The notes below the pieces were generated by a model. It saw only the letters and a list, made by a program, of their open reading frames with translations. It did no database searches and was not told the origin of the DNA. From contig DHPY01000075.1 in NCBI GenBank assembly GCA_002411015.1, positions 28,307-92,306 on the forward strand: 64,000 nucleotides of DNA, written 5' to 3'. This stretch comes from Armatimonadetes bacterium UBA5352. Its GTDB lineage: Bacteria > Armatimonadota > Zipacnadia > Zipacnadales > UBA5352. Each line of letters starts with the position of its first letter. The stretch's first letter is position 1. Of the stretch, positions 1 to 8,987 are shown piece by piece. The position numbers were made by a program, and so were the translations under genes.

Positions 1-1512
1 GCCGATCGCGAGCTTGAGCGGCTGGAGACGATGAACCCGGCCGCGGCCGAGTATAACGTCACGCGGACCTACCTCGAGTGGCTGGTGGATGTCCCGTGGC
101 TTGAGGCGTCGGACGCGACCATTGACGTGAAGCAGGCGCAGCAGGTGCTCGATGAGGATCACTATGATCTTGAGGACGTGAAGGACCGGATCATCGAGTA
201 CCTTGCGGTCCGCAAGCTGCGCGAGGAGATCAAGGGCCCGATCCTCTGCTTCGTGGGCCCGCCCGGAGTCGGAAAGACCTCGCTTGGCAAGTCCGTCGCG
301 CGGGCGACCGGGCGCAAGTTCCACCGCATCTCACTCGGTGGTGTGCGGGATGAGGCGGAGGTGCGGGGCCACAGGCGCACATACGTGGGCGCGCTGCCGG
401 GCCGGATCATCCAGGGGCTCCGGCGCGTGGGGGTGAACAACCCGGTCTTCATGCTCGATGAGATCGACAAGCTCGGCAGGGGCGGCGCGTTCCAGGGCGA
501 TCCCTCCTCGGCGATGCTGGAGGTGCTCGACCCGGAGCAGAACGACACCTTCAGCGATCACTACCTGGAGGTGCCCTTCGACCTCTCGAACGTGCTGTTC
601 ATCACGACCGCCAACGTGCTGGAGACGATCCCGGCGCCGCTGCTGGACCGCATGGAGGTCATCCGGCTGGCGGGCTACACGAAGAAGGACAAGCTGCACA
701 TCGCGCGCCGCTACCTCGTGCCGCGCCAGCGTGAGGAGCACGGGCTGAGCACCGAGCAGTTCAGCATCTCTGACAAGGCGCTGGAGGCGATCATTGACGG
801 CTACACGCGCGAGGCCGGCGTGCGCAACCTTGAACGGCAGATCGGCGCCGTTGCCCGCAAGATCGCTCGCAAGGTCTCGGAGGGTGAGACGCCGTCGAAT
901 GTGAGCCTGCGGAATCTTGAGAGCATCCTCGGGCCGCGACTGTTCTACTCTGAGGTGGCGGAGCGCACCGGACAGCCGGGCGTGGTCTGCGGCCTCGCAT
1001 GGACGCAGGCGGGCGGCGACATCCTGTTCATTGAGGCCTCGAAGATGCCCGGGGCAAGCCGCCTGACGCTCACGGGACAGCTTGGTGATGTGATGAAGGA
1101 GTCGGCGATGGCGGCCCTGAGCTGGGTGCGCGCGCATGCCGAGCAGTTCGGGATCGAGCCGGACTTCTACGAGAAGACGGAGATTCATCTGCACGTGCCG
1201 GCTGGCGCGGTGCCGAAGGACGGCCCGTCGGCGGGCGTCTCGATGGCGACGGCGATTGCGTCGCTGCTAACCAACCGCAAGGTGAAGCCGAATGTGGCGA
1301 TGACCGGTGAGATCACGCTGCGGGGCAAGGTGCTGCCGATCGGCGGCGTGAAGGAGAAGGTTGTGGCGGCGAAGTCGGCGGGGATCGACACGGTGATCCT
1401 CCCGCGGCGCAACCAGCCGCAGGTGGAGGAGGTCCCGAAGGACCTGACGGAGGGGATGACCTTCATCTTCGCGGATACGATCGAGGATGTGCTGAACGCG
1501 GCGCTGGAGTAG
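1..1512 (+). CDS. lon: Lon protease, C-terminal part (AAA+ ATPase module plus S16 proteolytic domain); reading frame is open to position 1, so the 5' end lies outside the window
   Basis: Walker [10 protein letters not shown]. Lon proteolytic domain with PKDGPSAGV (catalytic Ser) and downstream Lys in [11 protein letters not shown]. Frame continues upstream of the first ATG (31) to nt 1. Confidence 0.9.
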   Translation, partial: ADRELERLETMNPAAAEYNVTRTYLEWLVDVPWLEASDATIDVKQAQQVLDEDHYDLEDVKDRIIEYLAVRKLREEIKGPILCFVGPPGVGKTSLGKSVARATGRKFHRISLGGVRDEAEVRGHRRTYVGALPGRIIQGLRRVGVNNPVFMLDEIDKLGRGGAFQGDPSSAMLEVLDPEQNDTFSDHYLEVPFDLSNVLFITTANVLETIPAPLLDRMEVIRLAGYTKKDKLHIARRYLVPRQREEHGLSTEQFSISDKALEAIIDGYTREAGVRNLERQIGAVARKIARKVSEGETPSNVSLRNLESILGPRLFYSEVAERTGQPGVVCGLAWTQAGGDILFIEASKMPGASRLTLTGQLGDVMKESAMAALSWVRAHAEQFGIEPDFYEKTEIHLHVPAGAVPKDGPSAGVSMATAIASLLTNRKVKPNVAMTGEITLRGKVLPIGGVKEKVVAAKSAGIDTVILPRRNQPQVEEVPKDLTEGMTFIFADTIEDVLNAALE

Positions 1513-1520
1513 GCAGTACC

Positions 1521-1580
1521 GACAGGCCGGGAAGCCTGTCCCACATGACGATACGGCAACGGCCACCTGGGCCGTTGCCG
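1521..1580. terminator. Two consecutive GC-rich hairpins between convergent lon and the eRF1-like gene: GACAGGC-n6-GCCTGTC (1521-1540) and CGGCAACGGCC-acctg-GGCCGTTGCCG (1554-1580), followed by TTCCCCTTTC
   Basis: Perfect reverse-complement stems read directly. Location immediately 3' of lon and 3' of the minus-strand gene ending at 1619. Confidence 0.55.
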
Positions 1581-1614
1581 TTCCCCTTTCACCCTTCACC
1601 TCTCCCCCTTCACC
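1581..1614 (+). repeat. Copy 1 of an intergenic REP-like motif (CTTTCACCCTTCACCtCTCcCC)
   Basis: Shares the core TTCACCCTT(T)CACC with 26081-26110 and the reverse complement of 47041-47068. All three copies abut terminator hairpins at convergent-gene junctions. Confidence 0.5.
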
Positions 1615-1618
1615 GCCG

Positions 1619-2782
1619 TCAGTAGCGCAGGATGACGGCTGCGCCGCGGCCGTCGCCGGGGATCTCCTCGGCAGGAAGCATGTAGGTCGTCCCGCCGTTG
1701 CGCATCGTATTCACCGCCGCGTAGTCGATGAGGTCGTAGTCGCCCGCACGTGGCTCGGCACGAAGCTCCACCTCATCGCCGTCGTCCGGCACGCGCCCCC
1801 AGTAGTCGCTGTCTACCGCTCCGAAGAGCACGCCCGCGCGGCCATCGCGCGCCGCGATCACCGCCGCCTTCACGTCATCGGAGGCGCGCCCGTAGGCGCG
1901 TGCAAGCTCGAAGCTCTCCCGGGCCTCGTCAATGCGCCGGCGCAGGTGCGGATCGACGACCTCCCAGGCGGCCTCGCGGATCTCCTCCGGCCGGGCGCGC
2001 TCGAAGCTCCCCGTGAGCGGCGTCTCAAGCAGGTGATCGTAGGTGTTGGCGTCGCGGTAGCGATCGAAGAGCCACTCCACACCGGCAAAGACGAGCGGTG
2101 ACTCGCCATCCAGGTACTTCACCAGCCCGGTGCTCACGTCGCGGAAGAAGCGGAAGACCTGGTGCGCCTCCATCCTCTCGCCCTTGCCCTGCCCGTGATA
2201 CACCACGGCCTGGTCATCGCGGCCCTGGCCGCGCGCGCCAACGCTGTGATACTGCAGCAACTTCTGAGGCTCGACGTCCGGGATCACCTCAAGGATATGC
2301 TGCGGCACGTCTCTTCGCGGCAGGGGCTGCTCGACCTGCGCGTGGCGGGTGCAGACAAGGAGCCGCACGTCATGGCGGCTGATCGCGAGCACGTAGAAGC
2401 GCGCGTTGTCGGTGAGCACCGGCAGCAGCGGCTTGAGGTGGAAGCGGTCGCTCACGAAGGTCCTCCCCGCCGAGACCTGCACCGGCGAGAACATGATCTG
2501 ACTGTACTGCTCCGAGAGGAACGCGCAGAGCGTGCCTGCTCCGTAGTCGTTGTTGGGCGCGAGGGCCTCGAGGAACTCGTATCCCGGGGCGAGCATGCCG
2601 TCCACCATCGACCGGTCGGCGCCCTGCTCCACCAGCATCTCGGCGGCCTCACGAAGCGCGTTCTTCAGCCAGATCGGGTCACCCACCGCCTCCGGACCGG
2701 AGTCGTGGGTCGGCGAGTAGATTGACACGCACAGTCCCTGCCGCGGCTGTGAGAGTTGCTCGAATATCTCCTGCGTCAGCAT
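1619..2782 (-). CDS. eRF1/Pelota(Dom34)-like protein (bacterial archaeo-eukaryotic release-factor-like, baeRF-type); function unknown
   Basis: 387 aa. Central HGQGKG motif in a context resembling eRF1 domain 2 (HGRGGQS). C-terminus ...GDGRGAAVILRY resembles the eRF1/Pelota domain-3 tail (GGIGGILRY). RBS GGAGG 8 nt upstream of ATG at 2782. Confidence 0.45.
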   Translation of the reverse strand: MLTQEIFEQLSQPRQGLCVSIYSPTHDSGPEAVGDPIWLKNALREAAEMLVEQGADRSMVDGMLAPGYEFLEALAPNNDYGAGTLCAFLSEQYSQIMFSPVQVSAGRTFVSDRFHLKPLLPVLTDNARFYVLAISRHDVRLLVCTRHAQVEQPLPRRDVPQHILEVIPDVEPQKLLQYHSVGARGQGRDDQAVVYHGQGKGERMEAHQVFRFFRDVSTGLVKYLDGESPLVFAGVEWLFDRYRDANTYDHLLETPLTGSFERARPEEIREAAWEVVDPHLRRRIDEARESFELARAYGRASDDVKAAVIAARDGRAGVLFGAVDSDYWGRVPDDGDEVELRAEPRAGDYDLIDYAAVNTMRNGGTTYMLPAEEIPGDGRGAAVILRY

Positions 2783-2913
2783 TCCATCTGCCTCCTCATG
2801 CCCCTCGACAAACGCGGCACATCATGACCTCTCGCTAACACGATTCGCTGCAGGCGAGCGCAGTGCCTGCCTAAGTTACGGGCCATGTCGGACCACCGTC
2901 GCTGAGGGTGAAG

Positions 2914-2942
2914 TTGCACTCAACCGGATCGGCGGGTATAAT
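2914..2942 (+). promoter_or_regulatory. Sigma70-like promoter: TTGCAC (2914-2919), 17-nt spacer, TATAAT (2937-2942), upstream of the ABC exporter
   Basis: Hexamers and spacing read directly from sequence. Lies in the divergent intergenic region 2783-2969. Confidence 0.5.
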
Positions 2943-2969
2943 GGTTGTGTCCGCAACGATCCAGGTGCA

Positions 2970-4937
2970 TTGAGTAGAGACGGTCGTGGAGTGAGCGAGT
3001 GTATGATGCGAGGCGGCTGGTCAGGCCCGGAGAGGACGATTGGTGGCATGGGACGCGGCTTTGGGCTGCATCATGGCCACCACTTCCACTTCGATGAGGA
3101 TGACATGCCGGAAACGCCGATGACGCGCGAGCAGATCAGGCGCGTGCTGAAGTACTTCACCCCGTACTGGGCGCAGTGGCTCGTGATCCTGCTGTGCATC
3201 GCGGCGTCCTCAGGACTCGGCGTTCTGCCGCCACTCCTGGTGAAGGGGATCCTCGATGACGCGATCCCAAACGCGAACCCGAGCCTGCTGCACCTTCTCG
3301 TGGGCGGGATCGTGGGCCTGACGATCGTCACCGGCCTGATCGGCGTGCTGCAGAACTGGCTGAGCTCGAAGGTCGGCCAGAACATAATGCACGACCTGCG
3401 GGAGGCGCTGTATCGGCACCTGCAGGCGCAGTCACTCGGCTTCTACACCACCGAGCGCGCCGGTGAGATCGTCTCGCGCGTGAACAACGATGTCGGCGCC
3501 GTTCAGCAGGTGGCATCGGGGACGATCGTGGACATCGCGCGCAACCTGTTCACGCTCATCGCCACCCTGATTGCGATGATCGCTCTGGACCCGTGGCTGA
3601 CGCTGCTGGCGGTCATTGTGGTGCCGACGTTCTACCTTCCGACGCGCATTGTCGGGCGCATCCGACACAGGCTCTCGCGGCAGACGCAGGAGCAGTACGC
3701 CGAGATGGTGGCGTTCATGCAGGAGCGCCTGAACATCGGCGGGATGCTGCTCTCGAAGATCTTCGGCCAGGTGGAGCCGGACGCGGCGCAGTTTGCAGAA
3801 CGCAGTAACCAGGTGGCCGAGTTGAACGTGAAGCAGGCGATGGCCGGGCGTTGGCTGTTCATGGTGCTCTCGGTCTTCAGCGTCGCCGGGCCGGCCCTGA
3901 TCTACCTGCTTGGTGGCCACCAGGCGATCCGCGGCGCGCTCACGATCGGTACTCTCATCGCCTTCGTCGCCTACCTGACGGACCTCTACCGGCCGATGGG
4001 CCAGATCGCGAGCTTCTACGTGAACCTGCAGGGCGCTATGGCGGTCTTCGAGCGCATCTTCGACTACCTCGACCGCGAGCCTGAAGTGCGCGACAGCGAT
4101 GATGCGGTAGAGCTGGTGAAGGTTCACGGCGATATCGCCCTGGAGCACGTCAGCTTCCGCTACCCGCGGCCTCACTACCTCAACCTGCGCAAGAAGGGCG
4201 ATGAGGTCGCGCCTGACGAGAGCCGCCAGGCGCTGACGGATGTATCCTTCGGGATCGGCGCGGGCGAACGCGTTGCGCTGGTCGGCCCCTCGGGCGCCGG
4301 CAAGACCACCGTCACCTACCTGCTACCGCGCTTCTACGATCCAACGGAGGGGCGGATCCTCCTCGACGGCCATGACCTGCGCGAGATCACGCAGGAGTCG
4401 CTGCGCAGGCACTTCGGCGTGGTCACGCAGGACACGTTCCTCTTCCATACGAGCGTGCGCGAGAACCTGTTGTACGCGCGCCCGGAGGCAACCGAGGATG
4501 AGATCTACGCCGCGGCGCAGTCGGCGAACATCCACGAGTTCATCACCGGGCTTCCCGAGGGCTACGAGACGATCGTAGGCGAGCGGGGCTTCCGCCTGTC
4601 CGGCGGCGAGAAGCAGCGGCTGGCGATCGCGCGCGCGCTGCTCAAGGACCCGGACATCCTGATCCTCGACGAGGCCACAAGCCACCTCGACGCGACGAGC
4701 GAGCACCTGATCCAGGAGGCGCTGGAGGTGCTGCTGAAGGGCCGCACGAGCGTGATCATCGCCCACCGGCTCTCGACGATCCTCACCGCCGACAAGATCG
4801 TGGTGCTGGATCGCGGCCGGCTGGTCGAGGTCGGCACGCACGCTGAACTGCTTCGCGGAGGCGGGCTCTACGCGGAGTTGTTCGATCGGCAGTTTGGCGA
4901 GGCGATAGACCAGGCGCGGGCGGCCGCGGGCGGGTAG
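2970..4937 (+). CDS. ABC transporter, fused permease/ATP-binding exporter (MsbA/ABCB-like). Start ambiguous: TTG at 2970, or ATG at 3105 or 3120 preceding TM1
   Basis: Six-TM exporter-type N-terminal half. Walker A GPSGAGKTT. ABC signature LSGGEKQRLAIARAL. Walker B ILILDEATSHLD. H-loop IIAHRL. Confidence 0.9.
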   Translation: MSRDGRGVSECMMRGGWSGPERTIGGMGRGFGLHHGHHFHFDEDDMPETPMTREQIRRVLKYFTPYWAQWLVILLCIAASSGLGVLPPLLVKGILDDAIPNANPSLLHLLVGGIVGLTIVTGLIGVLQNWLSSKVGQNIMHDLREALYRHLQAQSLGFYTTERAGEIVSRVNNDVGAVQQVASGTIVDIARNLFTLIATLIAMIALDPWLTLLAVIVVPTFYLPTRIVGRIRHRLSRQTQEQYAEMVAFMQERLNIGGMLLSKIFGQVEPDAAQFAERSNQVAELNVKQAMAGRWLFMVLSVFSVAGPALIYLLGGHQAIRGALTIGTLIAFVAYLTDLYRPMGQIASFYVNLQGAMAVFERIFDYLDREPEVRDSDDAVELVKVHGDIALEHVSFRYPRPHYLNLRKKGDEVAPDESRQALTDVSFGIGAGERVALVGPSGAGKTTVTYLLPRFYDPTEGRILLDGHDLREITQESLRRHFGVVTQDTFLFHTSVRENLLYARPEATEDEIYAAAQSANIHEFITGLPEGYETIVGERGFRLSGGEKQRLAIARALLKDPDILILDEATSHLDATSEHLIQEALEVLLKGRTSVIIAHRLSTILTADKIVVLDRGRLVEVGTHAELLRGGGLYAELFDRQFGEAIDQARAAAGG

Positions 4938-5018
4938 CGGAACAACGCCGAAGGTTTCGGACTCCCATGCGGGGAATAGGCGCTGTGATGCGCGCATTCT
5001 CCCCCGGGAGCACTCGAG

Positions 5019-7007
5019 ATGGCTGCTGAAGTCGGCGTGGAGCAGGACCAGAAGCTGGATCGCTCTGAGATGATGGGGCTGACGGTGAGGGCCGTCATCA
5101 TCTCAATCATCTTCTGCCTCATCTCGGCCCTGTGGATCTCGCAGTCCGAGGTCGTGACGCGTTTCTGCCAGATCACGGAGGCCGTTCCGGCCGTCCCCGC
5201 GGTGGCGTTTCTGATCCTCCTGGTCGTGCTGAACCCGTTCGTGCGCCGCATCAGCAGGTGGCTTGCCCTGGACCGCCGCGAGGTCCTGATGGTCTACGTG
5301 TTCCTCACCGTCGCGACCTCGATGGCGGGCTGCGGGATCGCCCGCTTCTTCATCAACACCATCCCGGTCCCGTTCTACTTCAACACCACTGAGAACCAAC
5401 TGGATGAGATCCAACCGCTGATTCCGCAGTGGTTCGTGCCGCACGATTCCGAGACAATCCGCCTCCTCTATGAGGCCTCCGATACGGGCGCGGTGCCGTG
5501 GCGGGCGTGGTCGGGGCCGCTGGCAGCGTGGGGCATCTTCTTCCTGGCGCTCTGGGTGACGATGCTCGCGATGATGGTCATCATGCGCAGGCAGTGGTCG
5601 GAGAAAGAGAAGCTGACCTACCCGCTGCTCTATCTGCCCGTGGAACTGACGGAGGATGTAAACACGTCCGCGCTCGTCTCAGGCTTCTTCCGCAACCCCA
5701 TCATGTGGACCGGGTTCGCCATCGCGGCTTTGTATAACATCGCCAACATCATCAACGCCTACAACCCCGGCTTCACCGCGATGGGCAAGTTCTATGACAT
5801 TGGCGCGCTCTTTACGGAGCGGCCGTGGGCGGATATCAAGCCGCTGCAGATCCACTACAGGCCCGAGATGGTCGGCTTCGGCTACCTCGTCAGCACCGAG
5901 GTGGCGCTGAGCATCTGGGTGTTCTACCTGATCATGCGTCTCGAAGCGGTGGCCGCCGCGGCCGGCGGGCTCGATGTCGCCGGCTTCCCGTTCGTGCAGG
6001 AGCAGGGCCTCGGGGCATACCTCGCGATGGCGATCCTGCTGCTGTGGATCGCGCGCCATCACATCGCTGACGTCCTCGGGAAAGCCGTGGGTACACGGCC
6101 GCATGTTGATGACTCCGATGAACCGATGAGCTACCGCGGGGCGCTGATCGCCTTCGTGGTCGGCCTTGCGGTGACGCTCGCGTGGGTGAAGGCGGCGGGC
6201 ATGGCGCTGTGGCTGGCGGTGCTCTACTTCGCGCTGCTGCTGGCGGTAGCGCTGGTCTACGCCCGTATCCGCGCGGAGGTGGGCGTGCCGCTGATCTGGA
6301 TGTTCCCCTACTTCCAGCACTTCAAGGCGATCAAGTACACGCTCGGGACCGCGCCGCTGCAGAAGTACGGTGGCCTGGAGTCGCTGACCGCCTTCACCTC
6401 GCTGGTCTTCCTCTCACGCGGCTACTACCCGGCGCTGATCGGCTACCAGGCGGAGGGATTCCGTATCGCGCGTGACACGCAGATCCGACAGAAGTCGATG
6501 AGCTGGCTGCTCATCATTGCGCTGGTCGTGGGCCTGTACGTGAGCGTGGCGCTGCACCTGCGCGACTACTACGAATACGGCTCCGGTGGCCTCAACGCCC
6601 AGGGCGGCTGGGGCTATCAGATCGCCCTCACGGAGTATGAGGCCATCACCACCTACCAGAAGGGCCACGCGCCGCCGGACTACTGGCGCATCGGCGCGAC
6701 CTCCGGCGGCTTCATCATCACCACCGTGCTGATGATCCTGCGCATGATCTTCCTGCGCTTCCCGCTGCACCCGCTGGCGTTCGGGATGGCCGGCTCCTAC
6801 GGCAGCCTGATCTGGGGCAGCTTCTTCATCGTGTGGGTGGTGAAGAGCATCATCTTCAAGCTCGGGGGGATGTCTGGCTACCGGCGGCTCATCCCAGGGT
6901 TCCTGGGACTGGCGCTGGGACACTACTTCACCGCCGGGATCGTCTGGGGCATCATCGGGATGGGCCTCGGTGAGACCGTCAACACCTACTACGTCTTCTT
7001 CGGATAG
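5019..7007 (+). CDS. Large polytopic integral membrane protein of unknown function (662 aa), co-directional with the ABC exporter
   Basis: Many hydrophobic segments throughout. No recognisable catalytic motif. Long uninterrupted ORF with host-like codon usage. Confidence 0.6.
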   Translation: MAAEVGVEQDQKLDRSEMMGLTVRAVIISIIFCLISALWISQSEVVTRFCQITEAVPAVPAVAFLILLVVLNPFVRRISRWLALDRREVLMVYVFLTVATSMAGCGIARFFINTIPVPFYFNTTENQLDEIQPLIPQWFVPHDSETIRLLYEASDTGAVPWRAWSGPLAAWGIFFLALWVTMLAMMVIMRRQWSEKEKLTYPLLYLPVELTEDVNTSALVSGFFRNPIMWTGFAIAALYNIANIINAYNPGFTAMGKFYDIGALFTERPWADIKPLQIHYRPEMVGFGYLVSTEVALSIWVFYLIMRLEAVAAAAGGLDVAGFPFVQEQGLGAYLAMAILLLWIARHHIADVLGKAVGTRPHVDDSDEPMSYRGALIAFVVGLAVTLAWVKAAGMALWLAVLYFALLLAVALVYARIRAEVGVPLIWMFPYFQHFKAIKYTLGTAPLQKYGGLESLTAFTSLVFLSRGYYPALIGYQAEGFRIARDTQIRQKSMSWLLIIALVVGLYVSVALHLRDYYEYGSGGLNAQGGWGYQIALTEYEAITTYQKGHAPPDYWRIGATSGGFIITTVLMILRMIFLRFPLHPLAFGMAGSYGSLIWGSFFIVWVVKSIIFKLGGMSGYRRLIPGFLGLALGHYFTAGIVWGIIGMGLGETVNTYYVFFG

Positions 7008-7028
7008 CAGCAACACGGAGCTGAGATC

Positions 7029-7808
7029 ATGCGGGTCGGACTGATCGCCGGAAGCGGCGTGGAGGGCCTCTACAACGGAGCCCCTACCCGTGTAGAGAGC
7101 GTCGCCACGGACTACGGCGGCGTCGGGGCATTCGTGCTGGAGGTAGCTGAGGACCACGAGGTGGTCTTCCTGCCGCGCCACGGGAAAGGCCACTCGATCC
7201 CGCCGCACATGATCAACTACCGCGCGAACATCCGTGCGCTGGAGCAGCTCGGCTGCACCTGCGTAATCGCCACGAACGCGGTCGGCTCGATGAACGAGCA
7301 GATGCAGCCGGGTGACCTTGTGGTCTGCGACCAACTCCTCGACTTCACGAAGCAGCGGCCGCTCACGTTCTACGATGGCGAGGATGGCATCGTGCGCCAT
7401 GTGGATGTCACGCAGCCCTACTGCGCCCGCGTGCGCAGGGCGCTGCGCGAGGGCTGCAGGGTCGCCCTCGGCGAGGAGCTGCACCCGAGCGGCGTCTACG
7501 TCTGCGCCGAGGGACCGCGCTTCGAGACGGCGGCGGAGATCAGGATGTACCGGCAACTTGGCGGCGACGTGGTGGGCATGACCGGCGTGCCAGAGGCGGT
7601 GCTGGCGCGCGAGGCGGGCCTGTGCTACGCGACGGTGTGTGTGATCAGCAACTGGGCAGCGGGAATAAGGGCAGAGCGCGTCTCGCATGCAGAGGTCATC
7701 GAGATCATGGAACGCCGCCAGGCAGACCTGCGGTGCATGCTGCGCGAGGCGATCGCCCGCGTGACGGATGATCCGAAGTGCGCTTGCAGGCGGCCGTTCG
7801 CGCCGTGA
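7029..7808 (+). CDS. mtnP: S-methyl-5'-thioadenosine (MTA) phosphorylase / purine nucleoside phosphorylase family
   Basis: PNP_UDP_1-type motifs: LPRHGKGHSIPPHMINYRANIRAL, VCAEGPRFET, GMTGVPEAVLAREAGLCYA. Confidence 0.8.
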   Translation: MRVGLIAGSGVEGLYNGAPTRVESVATDYGGVGAFVLEVAEDHEVVFLPRHGKGHSIPPHMINYRANIRALEQLGCTCVIATNAVGSMNEQMQPGDLVVCDQLLDFTKQRPLTFYDGEDGIVRHVDVTQPYCARVRRALREGCRVALGEELHPSGVYVCAEGPRFETAAEIRMYRQLGGDVVGMTGVPEAVLAREAGLCYATVCVISNWAAGIRAERVSHAEVIEIMERRQADLRCMLREAIARVTDDPKCACRRPFAP

Positions 7809-7837
7809 CGGGGTCACTGCCACAGGAGGTCGCAGAC

Positions 7838-8094
7838 ATGACCGAGCATGTGAAGCTCGCCGCGCATCCATACGGCTACACCGCAGTCGTCGCTGAGGGC
7901 GACCTCTACCGCGCAGCCGAGCAGATCTTCAGCGACCTCGGCATCGGGTGCAGCTTGCGAAGTTCATCAATGAGATGCACTTCCGGGGCTGGATCGGGGT
8001 CGAGCTTGCCTTCCGGCCGGAGCACCCGGTGACGCGCTCGATGGGCCAGAACTACGCGCTGTGCCTGGATTCCCTGAGGAAGACGCTGGCCTGA
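7838..8094 (+). pseudogene. Small ORF with apparent -1 frameshift (frame 2 to frame 1 near 7945-7955). Combined product about 85 aa, possibly a remnant of a sugar-phosphate-isomerase-like N-terminus
   Basis: RBS AGGAGG 9 nt before ATG 7838. Protein-like text MTEHVKLAAHPYGYTAVVAEGDLYRAAEQIFSDLGIG continues in another frame as VQLAKFINEMHFRGWIGVELAFRPEHPVTRSMGQNYALCLDSLRKTLA (stop 8092-8094). The original frame degenerates into low-complexity S/R/G text. Confidence 0.3.
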
Positions 8095-8136
8095 CCTCTC
8101 CCCCACGCTAACGACACTCGAAACGGAGCGCAATCA

Positions 8137-8910
8137 TTGAAGCAATACGACGGCTACCTGTTTGACCTTGACGGAACGATCTATCTTGGTGATGAGTTGA
8201 TCCCTGGCGCAGACCGGACGGTTGCGAAGCTGCGGGAGCGCGGGGCGCGGGTGCAGTTCCTCTCGAACAAGCCGATTGCGCGGCGTGAGACCTACGCGAC
8301 GAAGCTGACGAAGCTCGGCATCCCCTGCACGCCGCAGGATGTCGTGAACTCGCCGCTGGCGAGCGCGCGATACCTTGCGAGCGAGCACCCGGGCAAGCGC
8401 GTGATGGTGATGGGCGAGGCGCCGCTGCGGCAGGAGCTGCTGGATGCGGGCGTCATCCTCACCGATCGCGTGGATGAGACCGACATCCTCCTCGTCTCCT
8501 GGGACCGCGAGATCTGCTGGCCGCAGATGGACGCGGCGCACCAGGCGCTGCGGCAGGGCGCGCGGTTCTTCGGAACGAACCCGGATACCGTCTGCCCCGT
8601 GGAGGGCGGACGGACGGTTCCGGATGCAGGTGCGATGATCGCCTACCTTGAGGCCTCGACGGACAGGAGGCTCGAGGTGATGGTCGGCAAGCCCTCGCCA
8701 ATCATCACCGAGATGGCCCTGGCGGAGGTCGGACTGGCGCCGGAGCAGTGCCTGATGATCGGCGACCGCCTCGGCACGGACATCGCGATGGGCGCGACCG
8801 CCGGCCTTGACACCGCGCTGGTGCTGACGGGTGTGACGAGCCGGGAGATGCTGGATGCCTCAAGCGCGAAGCCGACGTGGGTGCTGGGGTCGGTGGCGGA
8901 GATCGAGTAG
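8137..8910 (+). CDS. HAD-superfamily hydrolase, subfamily IIA (NagD/p-nitrophenyl-phosphatase-like); TTG start
   Basis: FDLDGT motif I. LSNKP. C-terminal GDRLGTDI. GGAG RBS 8 nt upstream of TTG at 8137. Confidence 0.8.
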   Translation: MKQYDGYLFDLDGTIYLGDELIPGADRTVAKLRERGARVQFLSNKPIARRETYATKLTKLGIPCTPQDVVNSPLASARYLASEHPGKRVMVMGEAPLRQELLDAGVILTDRVDETDILLVSWDREICWPQMDAAHQALRQGARFFGTNPDTVCPVEGGRTVPDAGAMIAYLEASTDRRLEVMVGKPSPIITEMALAEVGLAPEQCLMIGDRLGTDIAMGATAGLDTALVLTGVTSREMLDASSAKPTWVLGSVAEIE

Positions 8911-8953
8911 CCGGTGCGGGTAGTGCCGGGCGCTGGACAGGGCGGGCGCCGCG

Positions 8954-8970
8954 TACTATACTCCGTAGTA
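8954..8970. promoter_or_regulatory. Inverted repeat TACTA-N7-TAGTA, candidate operator upstream of the BlaI-like repressor gene
   Basis: Perfect 5-bp arms separated by 7 nt, 18 bp upstream of the ATG at 8988. BlaI/CopY-family operators are short palindromes of this style. Confidence 0.35.
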
Positions 8971-8987
8971 GGACGGCAGATCCGGGC

